64,000 bases of DNA, from assembly GCA_028023455.1 (NCBI GenBank), contig JAQFVV010000006.1, positions 11,718,001 through 11,782,000 on the forward strand, read 5' to 3'. How positions within the stretch are numbered: the first letter of the stretch is position 1; each line of letters opens with the position of its first letter. The position numbers were made by a program, and so were the translations under genes. Of this stretch, positions 40,466-54,486 are shown one piece after another. Source of the DNA: Epiperipatus broadwayi (Eukaryota > Animalia > Onychophora). The notes below the pieces were generated by a model that worked only from the letters and a program-made list of their open reading frames with translations, was not told the origin of the DNA and made no database searches.

Positions 40466-41545
40466 TCTGTAAATATAGAAATCAATACATAAAGAAAGGA
40501 GGAAGTAAAAGAAAATTGTATTACTTCCATAATGAATAACTAGTATCCAATTAACATTTAGTCTTGAAATATTTATTCTAAATGTTTTTCATAGTAGAAA
40601 CAATGATATTTTGGTCATTCTCATGTCTTATGTTCACATTAAGCTTTTCATTAGTATATCTGTTGTTTTGATTAGTTTACAAGAATGATTACAATTGTCT
40701 TTGTTAACTCATTAAAAAAAATTACCCACTTTCTAATGCACTTTCCACATTGACAATTTCGACTGCTTACCAGTTTTTTTCAGGTTTCAAGCACCAAACC
40801 TTTTAAATTACAAATTAATAGTTTTTAAAAATTGTTAATTTGTAATTTGAAAGGTTTCTTGTTTAAGATCTGAAAAAGACTGATAGGCAATTTAAACTGA
40901 CAGCAATTAAATAAAACATTGTGAAAAGTCTGTTAGAAGATATGTGATTTTTTTTAAAGCAATTTAAAGTAAGCTAAGCTATAAGAACGGAAGAGATTTT
41001 GAACATTCTTTTTGTTAAGTTCCCATTTCTTAATCAGGAGTGATGGATCCAAGAGCTAATGAATTCCTAGCTCAAAACTCAACCTGTCACAAAGATGCGT
41101 ATTACCACTTGAGCAATTAATTCGATTATTTATATAATCCATATGCCATTTAGAAATTTTTAAAATCTTAACTATTTATAATTTTTTTATACAAATAAAT
41201 GTATAATGTATTGAGATGGTTTGATCTCATTGTACACAACACAATATCTGTGTGCACATGTATTGAAATGAATACTGTCTTATTCATTTCATTGTCAGCC
41301 ATGTGATCTTCCACATGGTAGTAAGCTGGTTTTCAGTGTTGTGAGGATAGCTAATAAATATAGCAGTACAAAAGAAAGTTATATAAAATAAAAATAATGG
41401 CTTAAAATAAAGTATAAAATATAGTAAGTAATGTTCAAATTTTGGAATAAATTATTAAAAGCCATATTTTAAGATAATTATAAATAATAATAGGTTTTAT
41501 TATAAAAGTGTTCAAATTTAAGAGAAACTAATAAATTATTGTCAA

Positions 41546-41618
41546 GCGTTGGTGGTCGAGTGGTCAGCACAGCCGCCTTACAAGCAGTAGTCCCCGGGTT
41601 CGCTTCCCGGCCAATGCT
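41546..41618 (+). pseudogene. tRNA-like sequence, anticodon TAC (Val); probably a pseudogene or SINE head
   Basis: 73 nt; 7-bp acceptor stem, perfect T stem, anticodon at positions 34-36. The D stem and anticodon stem have mismatches, the T loop is TTCGCTT (A58C), there is no T-run terminator, and an A-rich tract follows. Confidence 0.65.
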
Positions 41619-43752
41619 TTGACACATGAAAGAAAAAAAAAACAAATAGCTAATAAATTATATAAACTTTGCTAAAACTATTTCTTTTATCAAAGATTAT
41701 AAGAATGTATGTAAAATTATGATGACAGGGAAGTATTGAAAACAACTCAATTAATTATACTAATAGTAAAATAAATAGATTTTAAAAGTTTATTTAAATA
41801 ATTTATATTGTGGCTTAAATAATTAGATTAAAAATAAGGTAATAAAAAAATTAACCTTGCTTTGAGATATGAGATTCGATCACAAGAGAAACAAACATTT
41901 TAGTAATTAAAATAAAATGAAATCATAAAGATGTTGAAAATGAGATTTTCAAAAATGTTATAAACAGTAGATCAAAAGTATATTTAGTCCATTTTTCTTG
42001 AAATTAATCAATCTGGATTTTTGCTTTTTTCGAGACCTTTAAATTTCATTTTTATTATTTCTAATCAACACATTTATTAATTATTATTTTGAGTTATTTC
42101 ACTGTTATTATTTAATTCTAGAATAAAATTATATCTATATATATATATCTGTAGTTGTTCACAGTAACCATGATTCTTGCAATTTCAAAATTATTTCAGG
42201 CTAATAGTAAATATGATATATACATGTATGGACAGTTATATGATTATCAATTATTTAGATGGCATTAAGGTGATAAAAGTCTTCTTTAAAGTCTATTTCC
42301 TTTGTGGTTTTTATGATAGTAGCCAGTTTATTGACGAGCAGTACCTTAATGACATCAGATGGCCAATGCATTTATGATGTTCTGTATTGATATGATGTAT
42401 GTTTACCTTTAGAGTTATTTTTAGCACTTATAATAAATAAATCAATAACTCTTATCTACCATGTAAATTATGCATACATGTATAATTTATATATCATACA
42501 GAGAAGAAAATTCGATAATAATATTATTTTGTCAAGCACGCTTTCGACATCGTGTGCCAGATTCATGGCAAACAAATTAAAGTGACTGGTTAATATTCCA
42601 ATGCATGCTCATTGGAACACTAGTATTTCTTAGATTGATGTTATTAGACTTGGCAATAAACCAGGTCTCTTTTATTCTCCTCTTCTTATCATTAGGTTCA
42701 TTGCATTAATTATTTGAGGATAAAATTGATGTCCAGCATTTCTCCTATGATTCAAGAAAACAGAATTAATTTGAAAATTCACTTTAGACCTTTTATATTG
42801 GTATTTGTATTGTAGTAAACATGTTGTCATATTAGCTGGACATGAATTTTTATCCTTAAATAATTAATGCAGTCTGAAATGAGCCTAATGATAGGAAGAG
42901 GAAGCTAAAAGAGGCCTGGTTTAATGCCAAGTCTAATAATGTTGTAAATCTAGGAAATACTAGGCCACTGAGCGTGTACTGGGATATTATTTTGGTTGGT
43001 TTAATTTGTTTACCATGAATGTTGTATGCTGTACCGAAAGTACACCCAGTTAAATATTATTATTATCATCAAATTTTCTTCTCTGTATGACACATAGTTA
43101 TACTTGTGTGTATATTTTAGCACTTATGTATGTGAATGCAGCTAAAATATTGATTGCTTTTAGAAAATGATGCCCCAAATGTGACATTGGTTACATGATG
43201 GTTCCTAAGATTTAATAGTACGTCTCTTTTAAATCAAGTCATAAGGGTTTTCTATTGAATATTGTTGACAGTTGCTGATAAACCATGCTTATCACATATT
43301 GTGTATATTGTATTCTTGTGCTGATTCTATCCTCATTTGTTGATAATTCATTTATCGATGATGATTTCCATCGCTCCTGTTACACCCTCATTCTGTAATG
43401 TTTCAATATGTGCATAACATTGATAAAAAAAGTAATCTTCCAATGAGAAATCCATAAGAATGTAATTTACAATTCACATTTTCTAAAGTCATTTTAATTT
43501 GCAAATAATAGTTTCTTTCATATCAATTGGTAATTCAGAGTCTAACCTCCACATTATGACTAATTAATTAATTAATGATACTCAAAGGAATGGATCATTT
43601 TTTGGCTGACACTGAATTAGCATTAATATATTTGTAAGTTAATTGAAATGTCTCACTTGTAAATTAGTCTTATGTTATGCGCATTTGAAGATTATTTCCT
43701 CAGAAATATTGAATATTCTTAATGCTATATATTTAATAGCTAATGTTTAATT

Positions 43753-43798
43753 AAAGGAATTATTGAAATGATTAGAAAGGAATTATTGAAATGATTAG
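43753..43798. repeat. Exact 23-bp tandem duplication
   Basis: AAAGGAATTATTGAAATGATTAG twice. Confidence 0.9.
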
Positions 43799-44320
43799 AA
43801 TATATATATATATATAGGTGGGTGTGAATTATGAAATAATTTTTGTTTGTGTGTGTGTTTTCTATACATTATTATAATTTTAAAAGTACTTTGACATTTT
43901 AGTATATGATGAAAACTTTTTATTTTTTTTTCTAATCATTTGGAGGAGTTTTGGGTTATTTTGTTAAAAACAAAATCAGATATCCAGTATTATTATGTTT
44001 CTAAATTGATTATGATTATTAAGATTTTAAAAAAATATGAAAATTATTAATACTTCATTGATTGTAGTAGTATTATAGGTATATTTTAGCCAGAAAAAAA
44101 TATTTTTTATAATATGGGGTCAGGGAATACTTCAAATAAGTCATTGCAATAATTTATCTTGTGTAATTGATTGCTCTGTTATCGTTAATATTTCTAATTG
44201 ATTTTTAAAAAAAAAATATTATTTTTTTCAAGTATATTTTAAATTATCACAGAATTTTTATAGTATTTTTTTATACAATGTATTCTTATGATGAAAGTCC
44301 ATGATCATTTCTTTCTTCAG

Positions 44321-44347
44321 CACCTATATTGAGGAATTAACCAACAG
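44321..44347 (+). CDS. NF1: Candidate 27-nt symmetric NF1 microexon encoding (N)TYIEELTN(R/S)
   Basis: Acceptor atcatttctttcttcag, donor CAG|GTATGA, length divisible by 3. Only the phase-2 frame required by the upstream exon is open; the other two frames contain TGA and TAA. Confidence 0.65.
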
Positions 44348-47300
44348 GTATGACTTTCTTAATCTTTTATCATATATTTACTGCCTCATTTTATATGATT
44401 TAACTGCTTTAAAATTTTTTTGAAAAGCGTTTGTGGTAATGGAATGGCATTGCATGTTTGTTTCTTACTTGTTCGCTAAAAATTGCTTTATGTTTGCTTT
44501 TAATTTTTATTATTGTATTTTATATTTATTTAAGAGGTGCTTATAATTATTTACAATTTTATGAAGTATATTGATAATTTTCAAATTTTTCTTTTAAATT
44601 TTATACCTATATATCTAAAATGTACACACGTATACAATCTTACATAATTTTCATTTATATTTAAATATTTTGATGCCTATTATTATATTGTTAAAAAAAT
44701 GCAATGTTTTCAATGCCTTTTTTGTTATCGTTTTGTTTCGTCAAAGCTTCGATTGGCTAGTGTCTTCTTAATGGCTTAAATTTGTTTTTCGACTTATTTG
44801 AATTTTAAAAAAATTGTAATAAAGTAAAATTATACAAAAGTTTATCCAGCATGATTTGGCGCAGTTGGTAGAACGTACAAGTTAGGATTCGATTCTGGCA
44901 CTTGAATTTCTTAAGATTCCCCAAGCAATAACGCCATTAGCATGTTTTTTATTTTATACAAAAGTTTACGTACATATTTATGTATATATTCATTTACACT
45001 TTGTCTCACTTTTTTATTTTATATGCATATGGTTTTAATATATATTATGATATATTAATTAAAATTTCAATTTTCCAATTGCTTTCAGTAATTTTTTTAA
45101 TATCATTTTTTTCTCAAAAGTTTTGATTTGCTAGCAGTCTTCACAATTTTAATTTTTTTAATACAAAGTAGCAATTAAACTTGAATTTCAAAAATAGTAC
45201 TAAATAAGATTATAATACAGAAATGCGTATATAATATATATATACATATGCATAGAAGTGTATATGTATATACTATTAGGAATAATTCTCTTTGTTGTAT
45301 TATAAAACCATCAATTGTAAATTGGATGATCAACGGATATTAGATGATAGTACTATTATATCCAAAACCTGTACTATCATATTAACATTCCCTTACTTGT
45401 TTCTGACTTTGTAGTTTTCAACAGTGAGAAACTTGAATTTTTAAGTTCATTAAGTCCAAACTTATCATTAGCTAGGTGCAAATCCAGAGATGTGGTTATA
45501 CTGGAATTGTGGTTATAATGTTACCATTATCTATTGTCCATAGATTAGTCAACTTTCAATAGATGATTTTGGAGTGGAGTGAAAATAATTGCTCTTAATA
45601 GTATGTACATTAAATGTAAACAGAAAATCATGTCACATTGTTATATACATATATTGACATGCATAAAATTAATGAATAATATTAAAGACAGAATACAATT
45701 TTTATTTTCTATGTTACTATTTTTATGTAAATATATAATAATCAAATAAAGTTGAAACTGGAAGAAGATTGCTAAACAGCTAAAAGAAAGTAAAAAAAAA
45801 CAACCAAACAATAATAATAATAATTAAAAAGAACCATTGAAAATAATAAAGCATAAAATTGTAGGTTTAAGTCAATGTACCACAATACTTAATGTGAACA
45901 GAAATAAAAAAAAAAAAGTTTGTTTTATGTCAGAGTCTTTGTTTCAGTCTTTAAGGTAAAATCGGTTAGATTTTGTTCTTGTTATTAAATACTAATTTTT
46001 AGCAGCCATTTAATTAATAGAATTGTGGCAGACAAACACATAATTAAAAATGTATATTTTTGAATTGATTTATATGTGAGATTATTTTTTCCTAGACCTT
46101 TACTGAAATATTATTTTTTCTCTCTTTGAAGCAAATTTATGGGTATAGGATTATTTTTATTCCATCCAAATAATTATACTTATGTAAACAAACTTGACAA
46201 AGTGTAAGCTCCAATCGTAGCAAATGAAACATTTGCTAATCAATCACCATATTATATTAAAAAGTGACCATTGGCTCCATAACATGTATACGTTTCAAGA
46301 AGAATTTGTCTCATCTGCTGACTAAATTGCTGCAATTATCCATGCAAATATAGCAACTGTTGTGTTATATGAATAATGATGAATCAACCTAGTTGAATAA
46401 TCAAAGCTATGATCATCCATAAATAGCCTAAATGTTTCACACATCGGATTGGAGATTACAACTTTCTAAGTTTATTTATAATCTGTTTATGTATAAACTT
46501 TACAAAATTTAAAATATTATTATATAAAAGTAAATAATACCTATAACCAGCTTACGGCATGTCTGTCATCTTCAGTAGCATTTTGTTGTTAAGTAAGTAA
46601 TATAATTTTCTTAATATATATAAATTATGGAAAGTTGGCCATTCACATAAGAATATCAATGTTATACAATCTTATGATAATTATTTTACCTATTTAATAT
46701 GATTTTGCTTTTATTGTTTAGAAGTTGGAAATATCACTTCATCATTGTGTAATGTTTTAGATGTTTCTTACAAAAAGTTTGAATAAATTTATATCGTAAG
46801 TTTCCCAATTTTTGTAAAATTGTATATATATATTATAACGATTGAAATGAAAGTGAAGATCGAATCTAACCGCAAAAACAATATCTGCACTACAAGGGCG
46901 CCATCTAGGCATTTGAGCCTAGAAAAATTTATAAAGTAGGCAGATACGCGCTGTTAAGATTCCACTTTCTTTAAATATTCCGATCGTTAGCCCAAGTCAC
47001 TAGCTCAGTGGAGACGCAGAGATAAAAATCTATATCTTAATTTATATCTTAAATATAAATAAATAAAAGCCACTGCCAGAAATTAACACATAAAAATATT
47101 TATTTACGCACATATAAAATCATTCTAAATTCGAGGAATAAATTCAACATTTTAGATTTTTCTATTAATCTTTTAATTTTACATTTAACTAAGTTTCAAT
47201 GAGTTTAATATTTTATTTAGATAGTCAAGTATGAATAGACTACATAGATTTGCATTTGAAAATAAAACATTCTATCCCTATTTAACCTTAGGCTAAAATT

Positions 47301-49304
47301 CGCAGTCAAACTGGCACCAATCCATCTGATACATTTATGTATTCAATGTAGCATGAAAATACAACAGCACAAATATACTATACTGTCAGGAATGGACATC
47401 TGAACAGTATAGTTAGAGAAAACATTGACTCTTGTCCAATACAGGAATATGACATCTGTATAGCAAGAAGAACAATAAAATAAAAACTCCATAGGAAGGG
47501 ACCGCGATCCTTTTTGCCGACTTACAATCCCATCCATAGGCAAAGGGTTGGTGCGGTGTATTTAGTGATTCTTCACGTAGCGAAACTTATACTACGTCTA
47601 CTAATTACACAAATATATCCAATCCATTGACCCAATTCAACAACGACACAAATAGCCTAAGATTACCCTCCCCTAATATAACTTTACAAATCTATATAGC
47701 CATTCACGCCCGACTTAAATTTAAATACGTTCGCACAAATGCATTTTATAAAATTTGTTTTAAAAATGTTGAGTACAGATCAGCTGCACAGATTCCACGG
47801 TCAAAAACATTACAAATTAAACACAACCGATCAAAATACAAAGTCATCGATAAACGTCACTTGCATAGGGAATATATAAATCCCATTAGCATTCATCGTA
47901 AGATGCTTGCAGTGATATTGTTGACATATATTCTAATCGAATGTGAAAACCACAACATTATCAACCGCTAACGAATCTATGCAATGTCTATACCCAACCT
48001 TAAATTTCCTCATTTAAAATTTAAACAACAAATAATTTATACAATAAGAGAAAAAAAAAAAAATGGAAATGATTTTTATCAATCGGAAAACATATAAAAT
48101 TAAACATTATTAATTGATTTTAAACTTAAAAGTCAGATAGAAGTTCATAAGCTTGAACGAAAGTTCTTAGTTATTTTTAAATTTAGAGTTCATGTCAATA
48201 TAGCTTACAGTAGAAGAGTCCAGGTTCCTGTTTTTTAATTCCCTGACGTCTCCATTGGAAGATAATGTTCTGGAGGTAGCATTAGCTGGTTCCATTCTTG
48301 TATCACGAGTCTCTAACAAAAGAAGGGGGGGGGGGGGAGCGGAAAGGGGGGGGCTGATCGATTGCTGGTTTAGCGTGAAATGCGTATATTCGAGTGAGGT
48401 TGTTTATCTTTTCAGCATATATGTGTTTAGGTTGTATCGGTGTTATTAGATAGAGTGGAGAGAGATTGGTAGTGTGAACGTCTAGCAATGACTAATTACA
48501 TATTATTTTACTAATACCCTATATTAAAAGGTTATAGTTATTATTATTGCAATATTATTTCAGCTGACTCAGTAAAGCAAAGCAACAACTTGAAATATAA
48601 TTTTTTTTTTGATAATATTTTTATGATAATTCAAACTTTTATTCTTTAATTTTTTAATATTAATATGTAAATATGGCAGACATTTTTACGTTAATAATTA
48701 TAACAATATCAAAACTATCCAGCTTAAGATAAAAACAATCTCATCCAGCAGTGATGTAGGGGCATGCAGCTCAACAGCTTTGGGTCGCTAGATATGTGCA
48801 AATTATTAAAATTGGTCCGTAATAACATGATAACAGAAATTTGGATTAATGGAAATTATCAAACAGTTTCGTTTTTATAATTCAGTGTTATACGGGAAAT
48901 GTTCAAGAATTGGAGAGAATTAGATCTTATTGTCAATGCTGCTGGAAACAGAACATGTTTCAGAAAGTTTCTAAAAATGTTACCTTTTCCTAATGTATGA
49001 CTTGAATAAATAGTGTGTATGTGGGAATTATTAAACATCTATTTTAATAAAACACATACTCTGGCAAAAATTAGACCATGTGACCAGAGACTGCTAAGTG
49101 AAACTATAAAGATTTTTAAAAGACCAAAAGCATAAATGAAAAGTGTGAATGGAAGAAAATTAACAATAGTTGGAAAAAGTTATTGGAGGATAAAGTATTT
49201 TCTAAAACTTCTCAATCAATAGAATTTGAGTATGAGGAGAAAATAAGAAATAAATAAATTAGGATTTAAAATCTCACCACATTTTTATAATTTGAGAAAG
49301 AAGA

Positions 49305-49346
49305 AGCTCTGACGAGAGTACTTGTTATTGTATTGAAACGTAAGCT
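49305..49346 (+). ncRNA. Solo minimal type-I hammerhead ribozyme motif
   Basis: AGCU-CUGACGA-G-AGUAC[uuguuauu]GUAUU-GAAA-CG-UA-AGCU. All core residues are present; predicted cleavage after A49342. Confidence 0.6.
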
Positions 49347-49800
49347 ATTTTAGCTATTATATAATTTTACTACATGGAAATAATACTATGACTATCTTTT
49401 ATCCATGAGAATATTAGAATTATTATTCAACATTAATATATATATATATTTAATTTTGTTTTATATACTTTTGAGATTCATTTTGGATTCATAGACTTTT
49501 TGCTTTGTTTAGGAATATAATTTTGATTGTTTACATAAGGATTTGATTAGCTTCTAATATGTCCCTAATAAATTTGTGCAGTAAATTAAAAAATAGAATC
49601 ATTTTTTAATATAAAGACATAATATATAATATTTGTTATTTTTCTTTTATTCTAATAATAGTACAAGCAACTAAATTTAAGTACATAGAAATAATTTTAC
49701 CAATAATTTTGATTATGATAAACAAAATAATAATGTAGTCACGATTTGTGTCAAACATTTTTCTAATATGGCAAATATTTTCAAATTATTATTATAAAAT

Positions 49801-50157
49801 CTAAACATCACATGATCACCATTCTTTATGCTTACACAAGCTGTTTACACAGAGACAAAACTCTCCACACAGTAACCCATTCAGTGCAAACCAGAATAAT
49901 CAATGGATGCTGGAAGCTTTGTGCATAAAATCCCTATCTAGGTGGTTGCTGGAGAGTTGCATTAGATCCCAAGATCTAGGTGCAGTGCTCTCAGATCCAA
50001 GGCTCCTCACTGATGAAGGCCACTAGCTAGAAAGTAGTCTGGGGATATTAGATAAGTAGGCAATAGATAGGGATTTAATGCAAAAACGTTCCTGCATACA
50101 TTGGTTACTTTGGCTTGCACTGAGGGGGCTACTGTATGGAGAGTATTTCCTCTGTGA
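49801..50157. mobile_element. Family-1 foldback element
   Basis: Starts CTAAACATCACATGATCACC; the inverted left arm is joined to a + strand arm carrying CTGATGA...GAAA. Confidence 0.8.
50004..50045 (+). ncRNA. Minimal hammerhead motif (family 1), core intact, loop III non-palindromic
   Basis: UCCUCA-CUGAUGA-AGGC[CACUA]GCUA-GAAA-GUAG-UC-UGGGGA. Confidence 0.55.
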
Positions 50158-52792
50158 GTCTTATGAAATCTAAGTGGTAATGTCATTGTTAATATTGAAA
50201 TTTAATTTGTTTTTGAAACAAATGTTTCATTGTTGTATATTTGTACAGAATAATTATATATTAGTTGCTACAATCTGATTATTAACTAAATATTTTCTGT
50301 TACTGTTTTTCAACAGATTTTTCAACTACTGTTCTTGTAAATCTTAATGTATTATTACAAGCAATGATTTTAATTCACATATTAAATGTCATGTCACTTT
50401 AGAAATTATTTCATTGGTAAAGTTTATAATAAAGATGGAAATACACCATGTAGTTACTTTTTCTACTAACTGACATTGATAAATATGGCTCATTGATGAG
50501 GACTAGTCAACTTGATGTTATCAATTTAATATGTGATCATATCAGAGACATAGATTATAACAAACATTTCTGTTAAATTTATTTCTTGGATAATTAATGT
50601 TTCGTATGATAATGTGTCCGTGGGGATATATATTGTATATCAGATCTCATATCAATTTATATTGAATAGCGTAGAATTTACCACTATCTAGATATTCATA
50701 TTTAATAAATGATGTGCAAGTAATAATGGTCAATAATGAAAAAAGTGATTAATTGATATTAAAATTAGATCTTAATCTTTTTAATATACAATTTTTTTTG
50801 TAAATCTATTTTTTTTTATTTCTTAATCTACCTTAGTTATGTATGTTGTTTTTTGAAATTAACATACATACCAACATAAATTCCAACATATATTCTTTTA
50901 AGTACATTTTCTAATTCTAAATCTCAATTTTTGATAAGAAAAATAACTACATTATTTTAGTGTATATTATAAAATATTTAGTTTTCTTAAATTTAAACCT
51001 TTCATGTTTTAATCATAATTAACCTAGTACATTACTTTCAAAAATTTATTATAAAATATTATATTAAATAGCCATTTTAATAAAGAATAACAATTCTGAT
51101 TTCTATTATCAAGTCTCACAATTACTGTTAACCATTTTTTCCCTGTGTATGAGATCACATGGCTAACCATGAAATAGATAAGACATTATTTCAACATAAA
51201 CATACACCAATATATATTTTAATTTTGCTGATATGCAAAGTATATATTGACACATAATTGTTATAACAAGAAAAGATTGATTGTTGATGAAATAAAGTAA
51301 GCAAATTTATTTTCCTGCATTTTTTTGTTTTTAATTAATGTTTCTGTAATTCAATTAATCATTTTCTAATGGTAGTATATTTTATTTATATTTTAATTGT
51401 ATTTACATTCGCGGATTAATTTATGTATGCAAAATATGTTTTAAAATTTGTAGTAAATGTAGTCTCCTTTTTTATTCATGATTTCAATATTTAGATTTTG
51501 TCTATTTTTAATAACAAATATAAAAAAAAATAAAGATATTAGAAATTTATAAAAAAATAATGTTGTAAACTGTAATTTTTATCTTGCAGTGAATCTGTTG
51601 GGAAACCTGCAATTGTAAAATATCACCAACAGACGGCTGATATAATTTTTTTAAAATTAATTTTATTAATCTTTTTCATTTTATCAATAATTTTTATCCC
51701 GAAAAGATTGATGTTGGAAGATACAAAAGTACTGTGACAGTTTTTTTATTTACTGATTTATTTTGAAAATATCTGTTTTAACTAATTTACTGTTACAGCA
51801 CCCATTGCATTTTTTTTTTAAAAAAAAATTTGGTCAGAAATAAAATCTTTTAACACAATGTATAAATAAAACATCGTATGTTGCTATACATTTAATATCA
51901 TATGCAAAGCAGTAAACTGAAAGCATAAATGAATAAAATTTAAACATTTTAAAAGTTATTTATATTTATTCATAAATTCTTAGACAAATTAGTAATAAGT
52001 TTCTTATATTCCTGATAAAATTTTGATTGAAATGATATATTGCTTTTCAAAAAATGAAAATACTTTGATCTTTTATTTTGAATGCAAGACCCATCTGAAC
52101 GAAAATATATTCAAGTATTATTACATCTTTCATAACAGGGTAAATAAATATTAGATCATGCAATAATATGTTCTTAAATGTTTGTTAAAAATAACGGTGA
52201 TAACTTATGATTTGAAAGAACTAATATAATTAAGTATGCATGCAGATAATTTTACACAAACATGCATACATTTATATGTATTAAAACGAAACATTGGAAT
52301 TAACTTTGTAATTTTATGTATGATAATAAATGAATATTTATATAGTTGGTTTATTGAAAATTGTATTGTAGAGTTAATTTTAATTTTTTGATTTATTATA
52401 TGTTATTGAGCCTGATATATATATATATATAGCCATTTACTTGCACAAATTGTGGACTAATTCAATATTTTTTTAAAAAAAATAATGTAATAATTTTATG
52501 ATCTGGAAAATAGTTTTGAATTAATTTATTGCAACAGCTATAAATTACATATTTGTAAGTGCAAGCTATATATAAGTCATGTGACATCTGGCTTGTTATT
52601 ATTACTAATATCTTATTATAGAAAGATGATTGACTATTAGTAAAGAAAAACTGCCAATTCTTTGCAAGTATTCTTATGAATTCCTATTTCTAATTTTAAA
52701 TTTATAATAAAAAAAAAGCTTTACAAAAATATATTTTAGAATAGAGATTCACAAAAAATAAAAAAATAAAAATTATAACCATGGGATTATAT

Positions 52793-53192
52793 AGTTGTAT
52801 TTATATATTGGACTATTTCCATCATCTAATACAAAGTATTGAATGTCTTTAGAAAAATTTAACTTTATTTAAATATTCCAAATACATTCAACTGTTAGTA
52901 ATAGCACACAGGTTAGTATGCATAAGTTTCAAGAGGTATTCTCTCTTCTTTAGGTGTTGCTGGCCTGTTCAGTGACAGTACTAGCATGGGAATCAAACCT
53001 GGACCTTGAGATTCAATTCCCATGGTAGTTTTGTTACTGGTCAGGCCAGCAACACTTGAAGAGAGAGGAAAAGAATATCTTTCAAAACATGTGTACACTA
53101 ATCTGTGTTCTTTTACTAATCGTTGAATGTTCTTTGAAAAGTTAAATTTTTTTAAAGACATGGTGGAAATAGTCCCATATATAAATGCAATT
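52793..53192. mobile_element. Foldback element with about 200-bp diverged arms
   Basis: GGTGTTGCTGGCCTG / CAGGCCAGCAACACT and GGACTATTTCCA / TGGAAATAGTCC pairs; centre near 53005. Confidence 0.75.
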
Positions 53193-54486
53193 AAAATACC
53201 GTTGTTCTGCTAATTTAAACAAAAGTCAAGACAACTCACTATATATCAAAGCACTTTAAGCACTTAGTAATGCCAGACATTCTCCGAGTTATTTTTGAAG
53301 TCATTTAGAAAATTCATTTATCTAATTTTAAAGGAAGAGGATATAATCACCATTCTTTAGATATTTCAAACTATTCATTAGAAAAAAGAGAAGGGAATAT
53401 CTTTTCATTTATTAGTAGAAAGAATAAAAATAGTTTTAACTTTTTAAGCCTTTAAATTTTATCTTTAAAAAAAAAACAAATCTGGAGGGGTAGGTTAGGC
53501 TTAACATTATTAATTATAAAATTGTTAATTAGACCTTCTTTGATTAATTATTTTTTGTTGTTATTCAATTATAAAATTAATCTTGTACTTTGGAGTGTGT
53601 ACATACTGAATATATATACATTGCATCTATCTAAATATTAAATCACCTCACATGATTAAGAAATTCAGAAATCGTCCACCATGAAATAAATATATTAAGA
53701 ATCCATATTTCAAAATAGCTAAAGTAGAGGGCAGTTTCGAAATTTCTTAACCATGTATTTAATATTTGGATATTTAGTTTAGTTTAGCAGTTTGCAATAG
53801 GATTATTGCATCTTATATATATGTGTGTCAAAAACGCATATTATATACCATTTGCTACTATGCAAATTTAATCATTTGCATCAAGACCAGGAACCAATTA
53901 TTATGAATAGACTGACTATTGTATTTCATTTCTGTATTTTTTTTTTTAATTAATAAACTACTTACTATAATTTTTAAAAATATTTTATCTATTATTTAGA
54001 AATAAGCTAGTTTAAAAATGAATTGAACGTTATATAATAAGGTAGTATATATAAAGATGTGTAGGGTACATTTTATTTATTCTGTAAATATAATGAGCGT
54101 GCTAATAGCTGTTTTTTTTCCCCATGAATTTAAGTTAGGTAGCTGGATTTGAATACATATAGATGTCTGAAAATTTCAGATTTTCTACTTAATACTTAAA
54201 TATTTGATAAAGTGCTGGGCTTGTACTTTAGATCTAGTATCTAAATATCCTAGCACCTCTGATGAGAACTGTTAGCCTGATACTGGTAATTCTAGATAAA
54301 GATTTTAAACGCTTTGTCTTGTAGCTAATTCTTTTGCTTATGATTATGTCACTTAGTTTAAACTTTAATAATCAGTAAATGTCTAATGAAAGTGCTTATT
54401 AAATCCCTATCTAGTGCTATCCTATGCACTATTCCTAGACTAGTGTTTTCCTGACAGTTTGTAATGAGGGTATTTTAGTTGTGTTT

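Noticed and set aside
44845-44910. tRNA or SINE-like A/B box fragments (also about 16465-16520)
   Set aside because: No cloverleaf can be built; too degenerate.
46510-46800. Other AG...GT candidate microexons (46551-46592, 46722 onward, 46761-46795)
   Set aside because: Stops in the required phase-2 frame or non-symmetric length.
50317-51760. Acceptor-like sites at 50316 and 51589
   Set aside because: The first gives a 20-nt frameshifting exon. The second opens a frame with no NF1 similarity and no convincing donor.
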